This document shows, piece after piece, positions 27,507 to 36,731 of a stretch of 64,000 bases of DNA (positions within the stretch are counted from its first letter, which is position 1; the number at the start of each line of letters is the position of its first letter). The notes below the pieces were generated by a model. That model was not told where the DNA came from, searched no databases, and worked only from the letters and a program-made list of their open reading frames with translations. Source of the DNA: Clostridiales bacterium (GTDB lineage: Bacteria > Bacillota > Peptococcia > DRI-13 > UBA5745); the NCBI GenBank assembly GCA_038562165.1, contig JBCFAO010000012.1:19850-83849 (forward strand). Reading direction: 5' to 3'. The position numbers and the translations under genes are program-made.

Positions 27507-28703
27507 CTAGAGGCTGACCTCTGTACCGGGTACCGTGATCTTGCCGGCAATGGCGCTGGCGGCAGCCGTAGCCGGCGAAGCCAGGTAGATCTGGCCTTTG
27601 TTTGCTCCCATACGGCCGGGGAAATTGCGGTTGGTGGTGGATACCACCACGTCCCGGTTGCTGATCAGGCCTTCGTGGGCGCCGAAGCAGGGGCCGCAGC
27701 CGGGATTGAGCACTGTGGCGTTGGCCTCCCGGATGATCTTGCACCAACCCTTTTCCTCCATAGTATTTAAGACGTTTTTGGAGGAGGGCACTACCAGCAT
27801 ATTAACGCCCGGATGAACCTGACGGCCCTTGAGGGCTAAAGCCACCTGCTCCATATCATTGATGCGGCCGTTGGTGCAGCTTCCTACCACAACCTGGGTA
27901 ATGGGCAGACCGGCCACCTCCGCCACATCACAGACGTTGGCAGGGGAGAAGGGCTTGGCAATTTTGGGGTTAAGGGTGGACAGATCGATTTCCCGGATCT
28001 CTTCCACTTCCATTTCCTTTTCTTCCGTACCAAATAAGGTGATCATGCTGCCCAGCTCCGTGCCCATGTTGCAGACCGTCATGCGCTCCGCCACAGAAAA
28101 GCATTCAATGCCGGGGCCGGTGATCAGCAGGCCTTTATCCGTTAAGTAGTCGGTGCCAAAGATTTCACCCAAATAAAGAATGAAGTCTTTGCCGAATACG
28201 TTTTCTTTCAATTTTCCGGTAAGATAAACCTGCACCACTGCCGGCACCTCAAGATCCAAACGGCCTGTAGCCATGGCGGCGGCAGCTTCCGTGGAGCCTA
28301 CGCCAATGCCGATGGCGCCGTAGCCGCCGCAGGTGCAGGTGTGGGAATCGGCGATAACCACCAGTTCTCCCGGTTCGGCCCGGTGTTTTTCATACATGAT
28401 CTGGTGGATGACGCCTTCACCTTTTTTATAGATGGGAATGCCAAATTCCCGGGCAAAATCGTCCATAATCCAAACGCTGTCCCGGGCTTTCTCACTGGCT
28501 GCAGGATAGATGTGATCGACAATCAAAAGAACCCGCTTCGGATCGAATACTTTGTCAACGCCAATTTCCCGAAATTGCTTTATGGCGATAGGGGCAGTCA
28601 CATCATGGGCGGCCACATAGCCAACCTTACAACTGACGTCCATTCCGGCACTTACCTTGTCTAAACCGGCGGCTTTGGCCAAATGGCTTTCGATCAAATT
28701 CAT
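27507..28703 (-). CDS. dmdA: 2,3-dimethylmalate dehydratase large subunit (aconitase/LeuC-like)
   Basis: 398 aa. ADSHTCTCG and GSCTNGR Fe-S ligand motifs. Confidence 0.88.
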   Translation of the reverse strand: MNLIESHLAKAAGLDKVSAGMDVSCKVGYVAAHDVTAPIAIKQFREIGVDKVFDPKRVLLIVDHIYPAASEKARDSVWIMDDFAREFGIPIYKKGEGVIHQIMYEKHRAEPGELVVIADSHTCTCGGYGAIGIGVGSTEAAAAMATGRLDLEVPAVVQVYLTGKLKENVFGKDFILYLGEIFGTDYLTDKGLLITGPGIECFSVAERMTVCNMGTELGSMITLFGTEEKEMEVEEIREIDLSTLNPKIAKPFSPANVCDVAEVAGLPITQVVVGSCTNGRINDMEQVALALKGRQVHPGVNMLVVPSSKNVLNTMEEKGWCKIIREANATVLNPGCGPCFGAHEGLISNRDVVVSTTNRNFPGRMGANKGQIYLASPATAAASAIAGKITVPGTEVSL

Positions 28704-28763
28704 TGTTAAACACCTTCCTGCAAATCAAATTTAATAGTTTTTCGTAAATTGTTCCGGTAAAGA

Positions 28764-28795
28764 AGAAGCCCGGCTCCGGCAGGAACCGGGCTTCT
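28764..28795 (-). terminator. GC-rich hairpin between the transporter gene and dmdA (weak terminator or attenuator)
   Basis: AGAAGCCCGG-N12-CCGGGCTTCT, followed on the minus strand by TCTTTACC (poor U-tract). Confidence 0.35.
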
Positions 28796-28844
28796 CTGGC
28801 ATACGTTAACAAAAACAGTGTAGTAAAACCTTACTTTGGCATGT

Positions 28845-29930
28845 TTAGCATTCGATTTTGTAATCGCCAGACTTGATCATGCCTTGTTTGCGCATAAGCT
28901 CTGAGGTTAGCCAGGCCACTGCGGCGGGAATGACGATGGCGATGAGCAGAAGGCCCAGCCAGTCAAAAGCGGTAGCGCCGGTGGCCACTTCGCCGAGATT
29001 GGCGGCAGCTTCAGAAGGCGTAAACCAGCCGGTGATGACGCCGATGGGGCCTACCATACCGGAGGTGCCCATGCCGGAGGCGATGGGAGGACCGTTTTGC
29101 TTCAATTTGAAAATCATTGTAGCAACAGGGCCGTTGACGATGGAGGCAACCACCGCCGGCAGCCAGAGAACAGGCTTGCTCATCAGATTGGGTACTTGCA
29201 GCATGGAAGTACCGAGGCCCTGAGCCATCAGGCCGCCAATCTTGTTTTCCCTGTAGGAGGCCACACCAAAACCTACCATGTGGGCGCAGCAGCCGGCTAC
29301 GGCAGCGCCGCCGGCCAGACCCACCAGGCCTAAAGCTGCGCAGATGGCAGCAGAGCTGATGGGTAAGGTAAGAGTAATACCCATGATGGCGGAGACCAGG
29401 ATACCCATCAGGAAGGGCTGCATGTCGGTGGCCCACATAATGGCATAACCGATGGAAGAAGCGACTTTGCCGATGGGAGGCGCCAAAATGACGGCGGCGG
29501 TAACACCCACGACAATGGTCACAAAGGGTGTGGCAATCAAGTCGATAGGCGTAGTTTTGGAAACCAGTTTGCCGGCAAAAACGGCAATAAGAGCGATAAA
29601 GAATACGGCTAAAGGACCGCCGGCGCCGCCTAAGGAGTTGGCCGCCTGACCTACGGCTACCAAGGAGTAAAGGACAAAGGGCGGGGCTTTTAAAGCGAAG
29701 CCGATGGATACGGCCATGGCCGCACCGGTGCCGGCCGTGGCAAAGCCGCCGATTTGGTTAAGGAAAGGAATGCCTAATTGAGTACCGAGGGTATTGATAA
29801 TGGTACCAATTAATAAAGATGCAAAAAGACCTTGAGCCATAGCGCCGAGGGCGCCGATACCGATTCTGTTCCAGGTAATTTCAATACCTTGCTTTTTCAT
29901 AAAAGCGGAAAAGGATTTAGGTTCTGACAT
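28845..29930 (-). CDS. Polytopic membrane protein, PTS-EIIC_2-like (stand-alone; putative pathway transporter)
   Basis: 361 aa. N-terminus ...ITWNRIGIGALGAMAQGLFASLLIGTIINTLG resembles the orphan EIIC_2 family. No other PTS components nearby. Confidence 0.5.
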   Translation of the reverse strand: MSEPKSFSAFMKKQGIEITWNRIGIGALGAMAQGLFASLLIGTIINTLGTQLGIPFLNQIGGFATAGTGAAMAVSIGFALKAPPFVLYSLVAVGQAANSLGGAGGPLAVFFIALIAVFAGKLVSKTTPIDLIATPFVTIVVGVTAAVILAPPIGKVASSIGYAIMWATDMQPFLMGILVSAIMGITLTLPISSAAICAALGLVGLAGGAAVAGCCAHMVGFGVASYRENKIGGLMAQGLGTSMLQVPNLMSKPVLWLPAVVASIVNGPVATMIFKLKQNGPPIASGMGTSGMVGPIGVITGWFTPSEAAANLGEVATGATAFDWLGLLLIAIVIPAAVAWLTSELMRKQGMIKSGDYKIEC

Positions 29931-29960
29931 AGATGATCCCCCTCTCAGTGATCGATCGAT

Positions 29961-29989
29961 AATATCTTATGAAAAGATACCGTGGTCAA
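29961..29989 (-). promoter_or_regulatory. Candidate sigma-70 promoter for the transporter gene
   Basis: Minus strand TTGACC-17 nt-GATATT, about 30 nt upstream of the ATG region. Confidence 0.4.
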
Positions 29990-30028
29990 ACTGCAAAAAC
30001 CATCTATTGCCCCTGCGTACATTGCCGG

Positions 30029-30210
30029 ACATCTGCGCCCCAAGTTCTTTTCGGATAGCAGATTGAGTCCGAAGGCCATCTGCGCCCTGATATCTTCGGA
30101 TAGCAGATTGAGTCCGAAGGCCATCTGCGCCCTGATATCTTCGGATAGCAGATTGAGTCCGAAGGCCATCTGCGCCCTGATATCTTCGGATAGCAGATTG
30201 AGTCCGAAGG
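30029..30210. repeat. Tandem array, 45 bp x4 (three perfect copies), each unit carrying a hairpin
   Basis: Unit CCATCTGCGCCCTGATATCTTCGGATAGCAGATTGAGTCCGAAGG at 30076, 30121 and 30166. Diverged first copy at 30029-30075. Inverted repeat CTTCGGA-N12-TCCGAAG in each unit. Confidence 0.9.
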
Positions 30211-30386
30211 ACACTTTTGTTTTCAACGTACGCAGAGCTCTGTAACACCCCCTTCTTTAGGGTTTTCCTGATTGCTCTATCACCGGATTCCGCCGGCCCA
30301 AGGTCCTTTGCTTTAAGCATTGCACCGAACCTTGAGCCGGCTAAGCCATAGGCAATACGATAGGGATTCCAACAGGCCTAATCGTA

Positions 30387-32630
30387 TTAGCTGCGGATCT
30401 TTTTCATCACTTCCGTAGGCATTAGAGGAAGCTCGAAAAATCTCTGACACAAAGCGTTTTCCACAGCATTGGTAATGGCGGGAATACCCGGTATCAAAGC
30501 AGGCTCACCGACGCCTTTGGCGCCGAAGGGACCGGCCTCTCCAGGACACTCAACGATAATGGGATAAATTTCAGGTGAATCCATAGCGGTGGGAATCAGA
30601 TATTTTGAGAAAATGGGGTTTTTGATTTTACCCTTTTCGAATTCGATTTTTTCAAAAACGGCAAAGCCTTGAGCCATCACCATGCCGCCTTCGATTTGGC
30701 CTTCCACCATCTCCCGGTCTACGGCCTGGCCTACGTCATGGGCAGAAATCAGTTTCTGCACATCCACTTCGCCGGTGCTGGTATCTACAGACACTTGGGC
30801 GATGGTGGTGCCGTAAGAATAGATCTCGTAAGGAATACCGGCCATGGTTTTGGCATCCAGATAGGTGGTCTTGGGGTTGTAAGCGCCGGCGCCTACTGCC
30901 AGCTTGCCCCATTTTTTCATCTCAGCCATCAGCTCAGGGTACGTCATTTTGATGGCGGGGTCCTTGGAGCTGTAGATCATCCGGTCACGGAAGATCAGGT
31001 CTTCTTTGGGCACATTCAGAAAATTGGAAGCGGTCTCGGCTAAGGTATCCTTAGCCTGCTTGCAGGCATTTCTGGTGGCGTTGCCGGAGATAAAGGTCTG
31101 GCGGCTGGCTGAAGAGGCGCCGCCTTCCGGTGTTACCATTGTGTCGGCGGCAACAACATGAATGTCGTCATAAGAAAGACCCAGTTCTTCGGCGGCAATG
31201 GCGGCCATAACCGTGGAGGAGCCCTGGCCGATATCGGCGCAGCCTACCATCAGGTTGACGGAGGCGTCAGCCAATACCTCGACGAAAGCGCCGGCGGGAT
31301 TGGGCAAGCCGGTGTTGCCGACGCCGTACCACATGCAGCCTACGCCGATGCCTTGGTTTTCTTTGCAGGGATCCAGCACTTCCGCCGCTTTTTTCTTGGC
31401 TTCCAGCAGGGTATCGACAAAACCTACAGCCTCGTCCAGCACCTGGCCGGTGGCCAGCACCGTGCCGGGCCTTTGGGCATTGAGAATCCGCAGGTCGATG
31501 GGATCCATATTAAGAGCCTTAGCCAGTGCGTTCATCTGGCCTTCATGGCAGACGGAAACCTGGGGTACGCCAAAGCCCCGGAAAGCGCCGCACATAGGGT
31601 TGTTGGTGTAAACAAAATCTGCATCAATCCGCACATTGGGCACATCGTAGGGACCCATGGCGTGGACCACGGCTCTGGTGATAACCGCGGGACCGTAAGA
31701 GGCGTAAGCGCCGGTATCGCCGGTCATGAAGACTTCCGTTGCTAAAACCTTGCCGTCTTTGGTGGCGCCGGTTTTGGCTTTCATCACCATGGGATGGCGC
31801 TTGGCGGAAACGTCGGTGGACTCTTTACGGCTGCGGACCATCTTCACAGGGCGGCCGGTGGCGTTGGTCAAAAGAGCCAAGTGGCACTGGACGGAAATAT
31901 CCAGCTTGCCGCCGAAGCCGCCGCCGGTGGTTACCTGCATTACCCGGACCTTGTTGTTGGGCAGGCCCATGGTTCTGGCCACCTCGCCCCGGTCAAAATG
32001 GGCGTTTTGGGTGGAAGCATAGACGGTGAGAATGCCGTCTTCGATACGGGCTACGCCGGCATCGGGCTCGATAAACATATGGGACAGCATATTGGTGGTG
32101 TAAGTGCCTTCGACGATAACGTCACATTGGGCAAAAGCTGCATCCACATCGCCGGATTCCAAATGCTTGCGGGCATGGAGGTTGCTGTCGCCATGGACTT
32201 TGATGGCGCCCTCTTTCATAGCGTCCTCATAGGAGAGGATGGGCTCCAGGAGGTCGTACTCCACTTCCATTAGCTCCAAAGCTTCTTCCACCAGCTCCGG
32301 TGTTTCGGCGGCTACGATAGCGATGGCGTCGCCTACCCGGCGGATCTTGTCGTCCACCAGTACCGGCTCATCCTTCATAATGATACCGATGCGGTTGCCG
32401 CCGGGGATATCCTTGGAGGTCAGCACACAAGCCACACCAGGCAGGGCCAGAGCTTTGGAAGCATCGAAGCGTTTGATGGTGGCATGGGGCACTGTGCTGC
32501 GGAAAACACCGCCGTACAGCATATGGTCGAATTTTAAATCGGCGGCAAATAAAGCCTTGCCGGTAACTTTATTGTAGGCGTCCTTTTTTACATTGGCTTT
32601 GCCCAGGACTGCCAGATCACGTAATGCCAT
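30387..32630 (-). CDS. Molybdopterin-binding subunit of a xanthine-dehydrogenase-family hydroxylase (nicotinate dehydrogenase; corresponds to NdhL+NdhM as one polypeptide)
   Basis: 747 aa. [11 protein letters not shown] motif. Uninterrupted ORF following the FAD and 2Fe-2S subunit genes. Confidence 0.8.
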   Translation of the reverse strand: MALRDLAVLGKANVKKDAYNKVTGKALFAADLKFDHMLYGGVFRSTVPHATIKRFDASKALALPGVACVLTSKDIPGGNRIGIIMKDEPVLVDDKIRRVGDAIAIVAAETPELVEEALELMEVEYDLLEPILSYEDAMKEGAIKVHGDSNLHARKHLESGDVDAAFAQCDVIVEGTYTTNMLSHMFIEPDAGVARIEDGILTVYASTQNAHFDRGEVARTMGLPNNKVRVMQVTTGGGFGGKLDISVQCHLALLTNATGRPVKMVRSRKESTDVSAKRHPMVMKAKTGATKDGKVLATEVFMTGDTGAYASYGPAVITRAVVHAMGPYDVPNVRIDADFVYTNNPMCGAFRGFGVPQVSVCHEGQMNALAKALNMDPIDLRILNAQRPGTVLATGQVLDEAVGFVDTLLEAKKKAAEVLDPCKENQGIGVGCMWYGVGNTGLPNPAGAFVEVLADASVNLMVGCADIGQGSSTVMAAIAAEELGLSYDDIHVVAADTMVTPEGGASSASRQTFISGNATRNACKQAKDTLAETASNFLNVPKEDLIFRDRMIYSSKDPAIKMTYPELMAEMKKWGKLAVGAGAYNPKTTYLDAKTMAGIPYEIYSYGTTIAQVSVDTSTGEVDVQKLISAHDVGQAVDREMVEGQIEGGMVMAQGFAVFEKIEFEKGKIKNPIFSKYLIPTAMDSPEIYPIIVECPGEAGPFGAKGVGEPALIPGIPAITNAVENALCQRFFELPLMPTEVMKKIRS

Positions 32631-32650
32631 ATTGATCGCTCCTTCCTTCC

Positions 32651-33115
32651 TTAATTTCCTGCGGCCATATCGACGGCCTTAAAGATTTTGGTGTAGCCGG
32701 TGCAGCGGCAGAGGTTGCCGGACAGCGCCCGCCGGATTTCTTCATGAGTGGGATGGGGATTCTTCATCAGCAGGGCTTTGGCCGATAAAACCATGCCCGG
32801 CGTGCAATAACCGCATTGAACAGCGCCGGCTTCCACGAAAGAAGTCTGCAGTTTGTCCAGCTCGCCGTCTTTCATCAAACCCTCGAGAGTCAGGATGCTG
32901 TCCCCTTCAATTTGGCCGGCCAGCATCAGGCAGCTGGTAACGGGAGTGCCGTTTACTAAGACGGTGCAAGCACCGCATTCCCCTTCGCTGCAGCCTTCTT
33001 TAACGCTGGTGCATTCGCAATCTTCCCGCAAAAGATCCACTACCCGTTTGTTGGGATTGGTTTCTACCGTTACGGGCTTATCATTTAATATAAAGCTGAT
33101 TTTTATTTTATCCAT
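32651..33115 (-). CDS. ndhS: Nicotinate dehydrogenase [2Fe-2S] small subunit
   Basis: [25 protein letters not shown]. Start set to the ATG at 33115 (TAAtATG junction with ndhF). Confidence 0.85.
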   Translation of the reverse strand: MDKIKISFILNDKPVTVETNPNKRVVDLLREDCECTSVKEGCSEGECGACTVLVNGTPVTSCLMLAGQIEGDSILTLEGLMKDGELDKLQTSFVEAGAVQCGYCTPGMVLSAKALLMKNPHPTHEEIRRALSGNLCRCTGYTKIFKAVDMAAGN

Positions 33116-33116
33116 A

Positions 33117-33998
33117 TTAACGACCACCTTCCTGCAGACCAAAATCCGCCAGAATCCGGCCAAAGGTCTTGTCGGAAACGCCTTTGACCCCTTCTTTCTT
33201 GTAAGGCATGGAAGCTCTGGTGGGAATCATCTCCCTGACGGCATCCGACAGCAGATCGGCACAAGGTGCAAAGGTGGCTTTGCTGACGGGTTTGCCTGCC
33301 AAATACTCCTCAACCTTGGGCAAACGGGCAGGCTTAGGCGATACGCCGCCTATGACTACCTGAGCCCGGCTGATATTGCCGGCATCGTCTTTTTCAACGA
33401 GGACGGCCAAACCTACAACGACGATGACCAAGGCCTTTCTCTTGCCCAGCTTCATGGTGGCCGTGGCAACTCCCTTGGCAGGCGCGTCGAAATAGATTTC
33501 CGTCATTAACTCGTCGTCGGCAATCTGGGTTTTTTTGCAGTTGGCGTAGAAGTCCGTCAGCTTCATTTCCCGTTTGCCGGCCTTGCTTTGCAGCACTACG
33601 GTGGCATCCAGGGCCATGAAGGTGGTGGGGCTGTCGCCGGCCACGGAGCAATTGACTACATTGCCGCCGATGGTGCCCAAATTGCGGATCTGGGGCGAGC
33701 CTACATGAACGGCGCAAGAATGAAGGCCTTTGACATTCTCTCTGATATAAGGATCGTTTTCCAGTTCGGTAAAGGTGGTTAAGGCGCCGATTTTCACTTT
33801 GCCGTCTTCCACTTTACAATAACGGAGCTCATTGAGCTTGTTGATGTTGATCACACAGTCGGTGTCCCGCTGACGTTCCGTCAGCTCGATGACCACGTCT
33901 GTGCCGCCGGCGATAACCGTGGCTCTGCCTTTACATTGGTTCAGCAGATCCAAAGCCTCTGTCAGCGTCTTTGGCGTGTAAAAATTAAATGCTTTCAT
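33117..33998 (-). CDS. ndhF: Nicotinate dehydrogenase FAD-binding subunit (CoxM/XdhB-like)
   Basis: 293 aa. IAGGTDVVIEL and GTIGGNV motifs. Confidence 0.85.
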   Translation of the reverse strand: MKAFNFYTPKTLTEALDLLNQCKGRATVIAGGTDVVIELTERQRDTDCVININKLNELRYCKVEDGKVKIGALTTFTELENDPYIRENVKGLHSCAVHVGSPQIRNLGTIGGNVVNCSVAGDSPTTFMALDATVVLQSKAGKREMKLTDFYANCKKTQIADDELMTEIYFDAPAKGVATATMKLGKRKALVIVVVGLAVLVEKDDAGNISRAQVVIGGVSPKPARLPKVEEYLAGKPVSKATFAPCADLLSDAVREMIPTRASMPYKKEGVKGVSDKTFGRILADFGLQEGGR

Positions 33999-34079
33999 AA
34001 AAGAACGAACCCCCCTCGTCTTTTAACATAATAGGAATATGACCGGTAATACTGGTGAGCCCTGGTGTAATTGGTGTCC

Positions 34080-34970
34080 TTAACAATCTTTGACCTTGAC
34101 GCCGGCCAAGTCTTCCCAAACCTTGATGACGGCGGAAATATCCTGGCGGTTGAGGCCTTTGGCCCGGGCCATCTCAAAAACCTGAGCCGCAGCGGCGGTC
34201 AAAGGCAGAGGGGCGGCCACGTCTTTGGCGGCGTCAAGAGCCAGGCCCAGATCTTTGTACTGCAGATCCACGGCAAAGCCCGTATCAAAAGCATCGGCCA
34301 TGATGAATTTGTCAAACTTAGCCTCCAGGGCATAGGAACGGCCGGAGCTGACGCTGATTACTTCTTTCATGGTTTCCGCTTTCAGACCCAGCTTAGCGCC
34401 CAAAACGAGAGCCTCGGCCAGGGCGGCCATGCTGGTGCCCAAGAGCAAGTTGTTGACGATTTTAATGGCGTCGCCGGCGCCGGCTTCTCCAACGTGGTAA
34501 ATGTTTTTCCCTAATACCTGGAGAACGGGAGCAACTTTTTCATAAGTTTCTTCGTCACAGCCCACCATAATGGTAAGGGTGCCTGCCGCAGCGCCGGACA
34601 CGCCGCCGCTGACGGGAGCGTCCATGTATTTGACGCCGTATTTCTCGCCGGCCTTGGCCATAGCCTTGGTGGTGGCGGGAGCTACGCTACTCATGTCCAT
34701 GATGATGGTGCCGGGTTTGCAGTTTTCCATAACGCCGCCTTTGCCGGTCATGACCGTTTCTACAATTTTGGCGTTGGGCAGCGAAGTAACGATCAAATCA
34801 GCTTTGGCGGACAACTCTCCGCTATCGGCACAGGCTTTGGCGCCGAAGCCTTCCAGCTCTTTGACGTTTGCTTCAATTAAATCATAAACATAGACCTCGT
34901 AGCCGGCAGCCAAAAGATTCTTTGCCATAGGTTTGCCCATGGCGCCTGCGCCGATAAAACCGATTTTCAT
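34080..34970 (-). CDS. hgd: 2-(hydroxymethyl)glutarate dehydrogenase (3-hydroxyisobutyrate dehydrogenase family)
   Basis: MKIGFIGAGAMGKPMAKNL Rossmann N-terminus. Start set to the ATG at 34970 after AGAGGA. Confidence 0.85.
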   Translation of the reverse strand: MKIGFIGAGAMGKPMAKNLLAAGYEVYVYDLIEANVKELEGFGAKACADSGELSAKADLIVTSLPNAKIVETVMTGKGGVMENCKPGTIIMDMSSVAPATTKAMAKAGEKYGVKYMDAPVSGGVSGAAAGTLTIMVGCDEETYEKVAPVLQVLGKNIYHVGEAGAGDAIKIVNNLLLGTSMAALAEALVLGAKLGLKAETMKEVISVSSGRSYALEAKFDKFIMADAFDTGFAVDLQYKDLGLALDAAKDVAAPLPLTAAAAQVFEMARAKGLNRQDISAVIKVWEDLAGVKVKDC

Positions 34971-35085
34971 GAGTATCAATCCTCTTTCTTGTGATATCAG
35001 TAGATTAAGGAAAGGGGGCGGCAACGCGTCGTCCCCCGTAAACCTCAATCACAGTAACAATACAGGGAGTTTAAAAGACGGACGC

Positions 35086-35667
35086 TTAGCGCAAGCCGTC
35101 TTCGCCTTTGATCTCGCTGATTTGCAGGCCGCCGATTCTGGGATGAGGACGGCCGCCGTCAGTGAAGGCCAGAGCCACTACGATTTCGTCGCATTTGGGA
35201 GCGTCGGCAATCCTGACCTCCATGGCATCATAGTGGGTGCGGACAAAAGCGGCGTCTTTATAGTGCAGAGGTACATCCAAAGCCGTACCGGCAGCGCCGG
35301 CTTTTTTGGCGGAAGGAATGATGGCTTTGCCGCCGCCGATGGCGTCGCGCATGGGTTTGCCCAGCTTGGGATGAAGAATGGCGGCGCAATGCTCTAATTC
35401 GCCGTCCAGGCCGGCGATGGCGCCTTTGCCGTAGCTGTGGATATTGCCTTCGCCCAGAATCTTGGCAGCTTCCTTGGAAAGGTAATCGCCCAGCCATTCG
35501 CCGACTTCACTGAGCTCGGACAAATCTTCCTGGTATTTGCCGGCATAAGGATTCTTAATAACGGCGGCTACGGAAACCCGGCGAATGGGTTTTTCCAGGT
35601 CGGAGAAGCCTTCGTAACGGATTTCTTCCACAGAGGTAACGACTTTTCTGATTTTGGGTTCTAACAT
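35086..35667 (-). CDS. AA_synth / DUF1185 family protein ('amino acid synthesis' family, function unknown)
   Basis: About 193 aa. Sequence pattern (VAAVIKNPYAG..., GKGAIAGLDGELEH) recalled as PF06684-like. ATG at 35667 after GGAGAG. Confidence 0.5.
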   Translation of the reverse strand: MLEPKIRKVVTSVEEIRYEGFSDLEKPIRRVSVAAVIKNPYAGKYQEDLSELSEVGEWLGDYLSKEAAKILGEGNIHSYGKGAIAGLDGELEHCAAILHPKLGKPMRDAIGGGKAIIPSAKKAGAAGTALDVPLHYKDAAFVRTHYDAMEVRIADAPKCDEIVVALAFTDGGRPHPRIGGLQISEIKGEDGLR

Positions 35668-35705
35668 AAGCAATCTCTCCTTTATATGTATAATTGATCT
35701 TGATC

Positions 35706-36623
35706 TTACTCGGTTTGGGAGCCTGGCATATTGATCCGGATCATCTGATCCTGAACTCTGGCGGTCATCGCCAGTAAGTTGCCTTTATGCTTTTGCCGGA
35801 GGGCTTCCTGCTCCGCTTGGGCCAAAGCCTGCCGCACTTCCCGGCGGGTCAGCCGGTCTACTGCCACTACTACATCCAGATCCCGGATATCGCTTTGGGG
35901 ATCGAAAACACCGGCTTTCGTCGTCAGAACCCGGGGAGAAGGCACATAGGTGGTATTGGCCAGGTGAGTGGCCAAAGCGTCGGCTAAAATGCAACGGGAA
36001 GAAAAAACGCTGACCCCTTGGGCGATGCCCCGGGTGAAGCTTCTGCCCCCCAAACCGCTGGTGGCTACGCCGCCGATGCCGTCCTCAGCTTTGATGGGAA
36101 CCACCAGATCCACCTGGCCGGCAGCAAGGCTTGACATAATGCCCAGATTCAGCTTTTGTCCGGGGGCCAGCCGCAGAGCTACGTCGCCGCCGTTGTTGAC
36201 GGAAACCCGCTGGGCTCCCCGGGCAAAGAGCCAATCGGCTACTAAATCCGCCATAGCCCCGGCAACGGTAGCCATAGGAGTCAAAGTAGGCTCTTCCACT
36301 GCTAAAACGGCCTCCAGCATTTGGGCCGGCAGTCCCGTCAGAATCCGCAAGGGAATTTGGCCGGGATACAGGCGCAATAAATCCAGAGAGGAGGTGAGCT
36401 CTTTCAGCCCTTCCTCTATTACGGCAAAAGCCTGGCAGCAAAGGTCCGTTAAGGGACGGCCTTCTTTATCGGCCATAATCACCATGGAAACGGGCCCGTA
36501 GTCTACGTAAACCTTGCCGTCCTCCAGCACCCGGTAAGGACCGGAGTCCGGGGCGGAGGCAAGCCGGTCATGATCTGTAATTTGATACTGCATAGAAGCC
36601 TCCGCAAAACCTGTAGTAATCAT
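35706..36623 (-). CDS. UPF0280 / ApbE-related protein
   Basis: 305 aa. Recalled resemblance to the UPF0280 family (ApbE-like fold). Sits directly downstream of hnr. Confidence 0.5.
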   Translation of the reverse strand: MITTGFAEASMQYQITDHDRLASAPDSGPYRVLEDGKVYVDYGPVSMVIMADKEGRPLTDLCCQAFAVIEEGLKELTSSLDLLRLYPGQIPLRILTGLPAQMLEAVLAVEEPTLTPMATVAGAMADLVADWLFARGAQRVSVNNGGDVALRLAPGQKLNLGIMSSLAAGQVDLVVPIKAEDGIGGVATSGLGGRSFTRGIAQGVSVFSSRCILADALATHLANTTYVPSPRVLTTKAGVFDPQSDIRDLDVVVAVDRLTRREVRQALAQAEQEALRQKHKGNLLAMTARVQDQMIRINMPGSQTE

Positions 36624-36654
36624 TAAAGAGAAGCGAGGCAGCGGCTAAGGACTT

Positions 36655-36727
36655 TAGTGCTCTGTAGCCCCTTGAAGTTTGCACCTGCTTGCGCATCTGT
36701 GACAACTTTTAGGAGTCACAAAGCATC
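36655..36727. repeat. Family B GTGAC-hairpin element, two inverted arms meeting at TGCGCA
   Basis: TAGTGCTCTGTAGCCCCTTGAAGTTTGCACCTGCTTGCGCA / TGCGCATCTGTGACAACTTTTAGGAGTCACAAAGCATC. Confidence 0.7.
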
Positions 36728-36731
36728 CGGC

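Noticed and set aside
28836-28850. TGGCATGTTTAGCAT resembling a -24/-12 element near the transporter gene's 3' end
   Set aside because: The GG-to-GC spacing is 8 rather than 10, and it is on the + strand facing the end of a minus-strand gene.
29945-30320. Three overlapping ORFs (93, 117 and 87 aa) across the 45-bp tandem array; also considered as a CRISPR array
   Set aside because: Their proteins are just the repeat translated (AFGLNLLSEDIRAQM x4), with no RBS or family resemblance. It is not a CRISPR array because the units are contiguous with no unique spacers and there are no cas genes.
35049-35085. Upstream extensions of several minus-strand ORFs (hgd to 35048, ndhS to 33163, ena to 39517, dmdB to 27550, GATase to 62158)
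   Set aside because: The extensions lack family similarity and have no RBS. Internal ATGs with good Shine-Dalgarno spacing coincide with the conserved N-termini.
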